Source: Convolutriloba macropyga (lineage: Eukaryota). Taken from it: 64,000 bases of DNA. A program made the position numbers and the translations under genes. Below, piece by piece: positions 61,661 to 64,000 of the stretch. Position 1 is the stretch's first letter; each line of letters opens with the position of its first letter. The DNA lies in NCBI RefSeq assembly GCF_964194025.1, contig NC_134472.1, forward strand, positions 71,486,001 to 71,550,000, given 5' to 3'. The notes beneath the pieces were generated by a model. The model saw only the letters and a program-made list of their open reading frames with translations, had not been told where the DNA came from and made no database searches.

Positions 61661-64000
61661 GATTAGGATCAACAAGTAGATGTGTTGGATAGACTAATTG
61701 ATAGCCGTTTGCTTCATATACACATATTCATTCAGAGGTGGGTTAATTGAAAGTCTATGATTCGTTAAGGATCTTCACTGGGAGCCCACTCCCAGAGGTT
61801 ATTCTACATTTTACAATTCTTTGCTAGCGATCACTTGAAAAATACCAAGATGTCAATTGACTATTTTTTTTTATCAAGCTCTAAACGGATGACTTAATTT
61901 GATCTTTGGCGTGGCTGTTAACGTAGAGCATTACGAATGTTTTGGTATGTTCGGTTTTGAAAAAAAAAAACATGAAACTGTCGTCACAAAGATTGGATTG
62001 GAGACTTCAAAATTGNNNNNNNNNNNNNNNNNNNNNNNNNNNNNNNNNNNNNNNNNNNNNNNNNNNNNNNNNNNNNNNNNNNNNNNNNNNNNNNNNNNNN
62101 NNNNNNNNNNNNNNNNNNNNNNNNNNNNNNNNNNNNNNNNNNNNNNNNNNNNNNNNNNNNNNNNNNNNNNNNNNNNNNNNNNNNNNNNNNNNNNNNNNNN
62201 NNNNNNNNNNNNNNNAAAAAGCACTTTTTTCATCAAACTTTGTTACATTTTCAATTTGCTTAAGGTTTTTTCATATCTTATAATTAGTTACCAAAACATA
62301 AAGGAACGCTGCTATTGCTAACTTTGGTTTTAAAAAAATATATTTCTCGGAGCTTAACATCTAAATTTACTTGTTAAAATGCGGTTCAACCTCCAGGATT
62401 GAAAAATAAGTTGATTGAAAACATCACCTCTAAAACTAACAGTAAAACGCACTGGATCTTTTCCGTTTAATCTATGATTGATACTCTCTGCTTCATGAGT
62501 GCATATTTTTCTCAAATCCCTGGCTGTCGTACTATTATATCAATGACCATAGCTATGTATTGGGGTTTTATAGACATAATTAGGCGTGCATAAACTACCG
62601 GAGGGTGGGGGGGGGGAATAAAGAAAAAGATCCAACTAATAATGAGCTAATGTTTGACGACATGTAGGCTTCATCAAAGTTTAGACTTGAAACTGAGGAA
62701 CTGACTTAATTGTGCAGATTTGATTTGTGCGACATTGCGTGTGTGAAGTATTTAGAGGAACAGACGATATTAAGGAGCACTAATTGAAGGGGTTAAGTGG
62801 GCACTAATTTGTGAGTTTGTGTTTTCATAGAGAGGCCAAACTCCAGATTCTGCCGACCAGACCCACTAAAAGGACTGTTATGAAGGCTGCAACTGATGTA
62901 CGATTCAGTCTTTGGTTGTACACCTAAACAGATGTATTTGTTCCGACCCACTTTAGTAGGGGAGGAACTATATACTCAAATGGGTTTTTTTAAAAATCTA
63001 TATTCAAATAATTATAATTGATTAGTTATGTCACTTTTTGTGAGATTTCTAACACCATTACTTTTTTAGCTTTCTTTTGATTCTGTTCCGATAGTTTTGA
63101 GCATCAATTTAAATTTGTATACAAAAGAACAAGAAGGGATTGAATTAGACTGCTTCGCACAGGAAATGTTCCAACCAACCAAAGAAACGTTTTTAAAAAT
63201 TTCATCAGTTACTCATATGTCTAACGTTTTGGTAAAAATGCTGAAAAAAAGTCAGAAAAAAAGAGACAGTGGTTTTTGTCCTTTTTGTCAATGCATTACT
63301 CTGACACAGAGGGAGAAAGAAAAAATGTGAAAATGTTTTTTGGAAGGCCAGAACGTTGTTTTGTTCACGTGCGGCAATTCCAAATCTGTTTCTTAATTTT
63401 CTCAATTTTTTCTCCCAAGTGGCTATTTTAAATTATTTCGATAAATAAATGAATTGGATTTTATTATCGATTTAAGCATTTATCAGACATTTATGAACAA
63501 TCTTCAATTGTTTTGTCATATTGCCGATTAGGCAATTTTTGAAGTTCTTTGTGAAATTCTTCGCTCTGTATATTTGCTGGTGCTTTTTAAAAGTTTTATA
63601 GTCAATTTTTTTCACCAAATCGCCAAAAAAGAGTTGTTTCTGTTTCTCATAAAAAAGAAAAGGTTGAGTACCAGTCAGGGAGTTAAAAGTAATAGGACGC
63701 AGATTATCTCAATCAGCGAGTAACTCCTCGTACAAAGAGTTTGTTCACCAAATAAGTCAGTTGGCAATATTTGGTTGCTTAATTTTTTATCATTGGACTT
63801 ACATTTGGCCATAACCAAGAAATCGTAAAAGATTACTTTGATACTTATTATTTTCCTAGGGCGTTAATTTAAGTTGAGAAAAGAAATCGTCATTTTACAA
63901 AAAACAATATTTATTTTTTCTTTTAACATCAGCTTAACAAAGATATCTGTTCATCTATGGGTGCAACAAAATGGAAGGTGCAACAAATATATGCGCAACA

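Noticed and set aside
62455-62631. ggatcttttcc...gaaaaagatcc, a possible further GG-ended MITE
   Set aside because: The termini fit, but there is no target duplication and little internal similarity.
1-64000. Assigning a species or a prokaryotic system (CRISPR, operon, phage)
   Set aside because: Spliceosomal introns and animal-type transposons exclude a prokaryote. The sequence alone does not identify the species.

Overview
AT-rich, repeat-dense eukaryotic (very likely invertebrate animal) genomic DNA with GT-AG introns and three N-gaps. The ORF track is mostly misleading, and the real genes must be spliced by hand. I reconstruct five genes. (1-3) A tandem minus-strand cluster of three secreted galaxin-like proteins built from Cys-Cys (CC) repeats: 216 aa in two exons (exon 2 is absent from the ORF track), 103 aa in one exon, and 291 aa in two exons. 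(4) A six-exon, 446-aa secreted CAP/SCP-domain gene with an unusual architecture: signal peptide, unrecognised 12-Cys domain, CAP domain, Thr-rich linker, and a degenerate FN2-like module. (5) A divergently transcribed three-exon plus-strand gene of unknown function (223 aa) whose second intron holds a 5.3-kb 27-bp satellite. The rest is mobile DNA: a decayed BEL/Pao LTR element, a decayed CR1/L2-type LINE, a GG-ended MITE family with 8-bp target duplications, loopless palindromes and a tRNA-like sequence. It also contains several CCC/CAC-ended non-autonomous DNA elements that share one design, a single inverted monomer at one end and a polarised tandem array running to the other end. The big satellite appears to be an extreme case of that design. 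All calls are by eye; no database searches were run.
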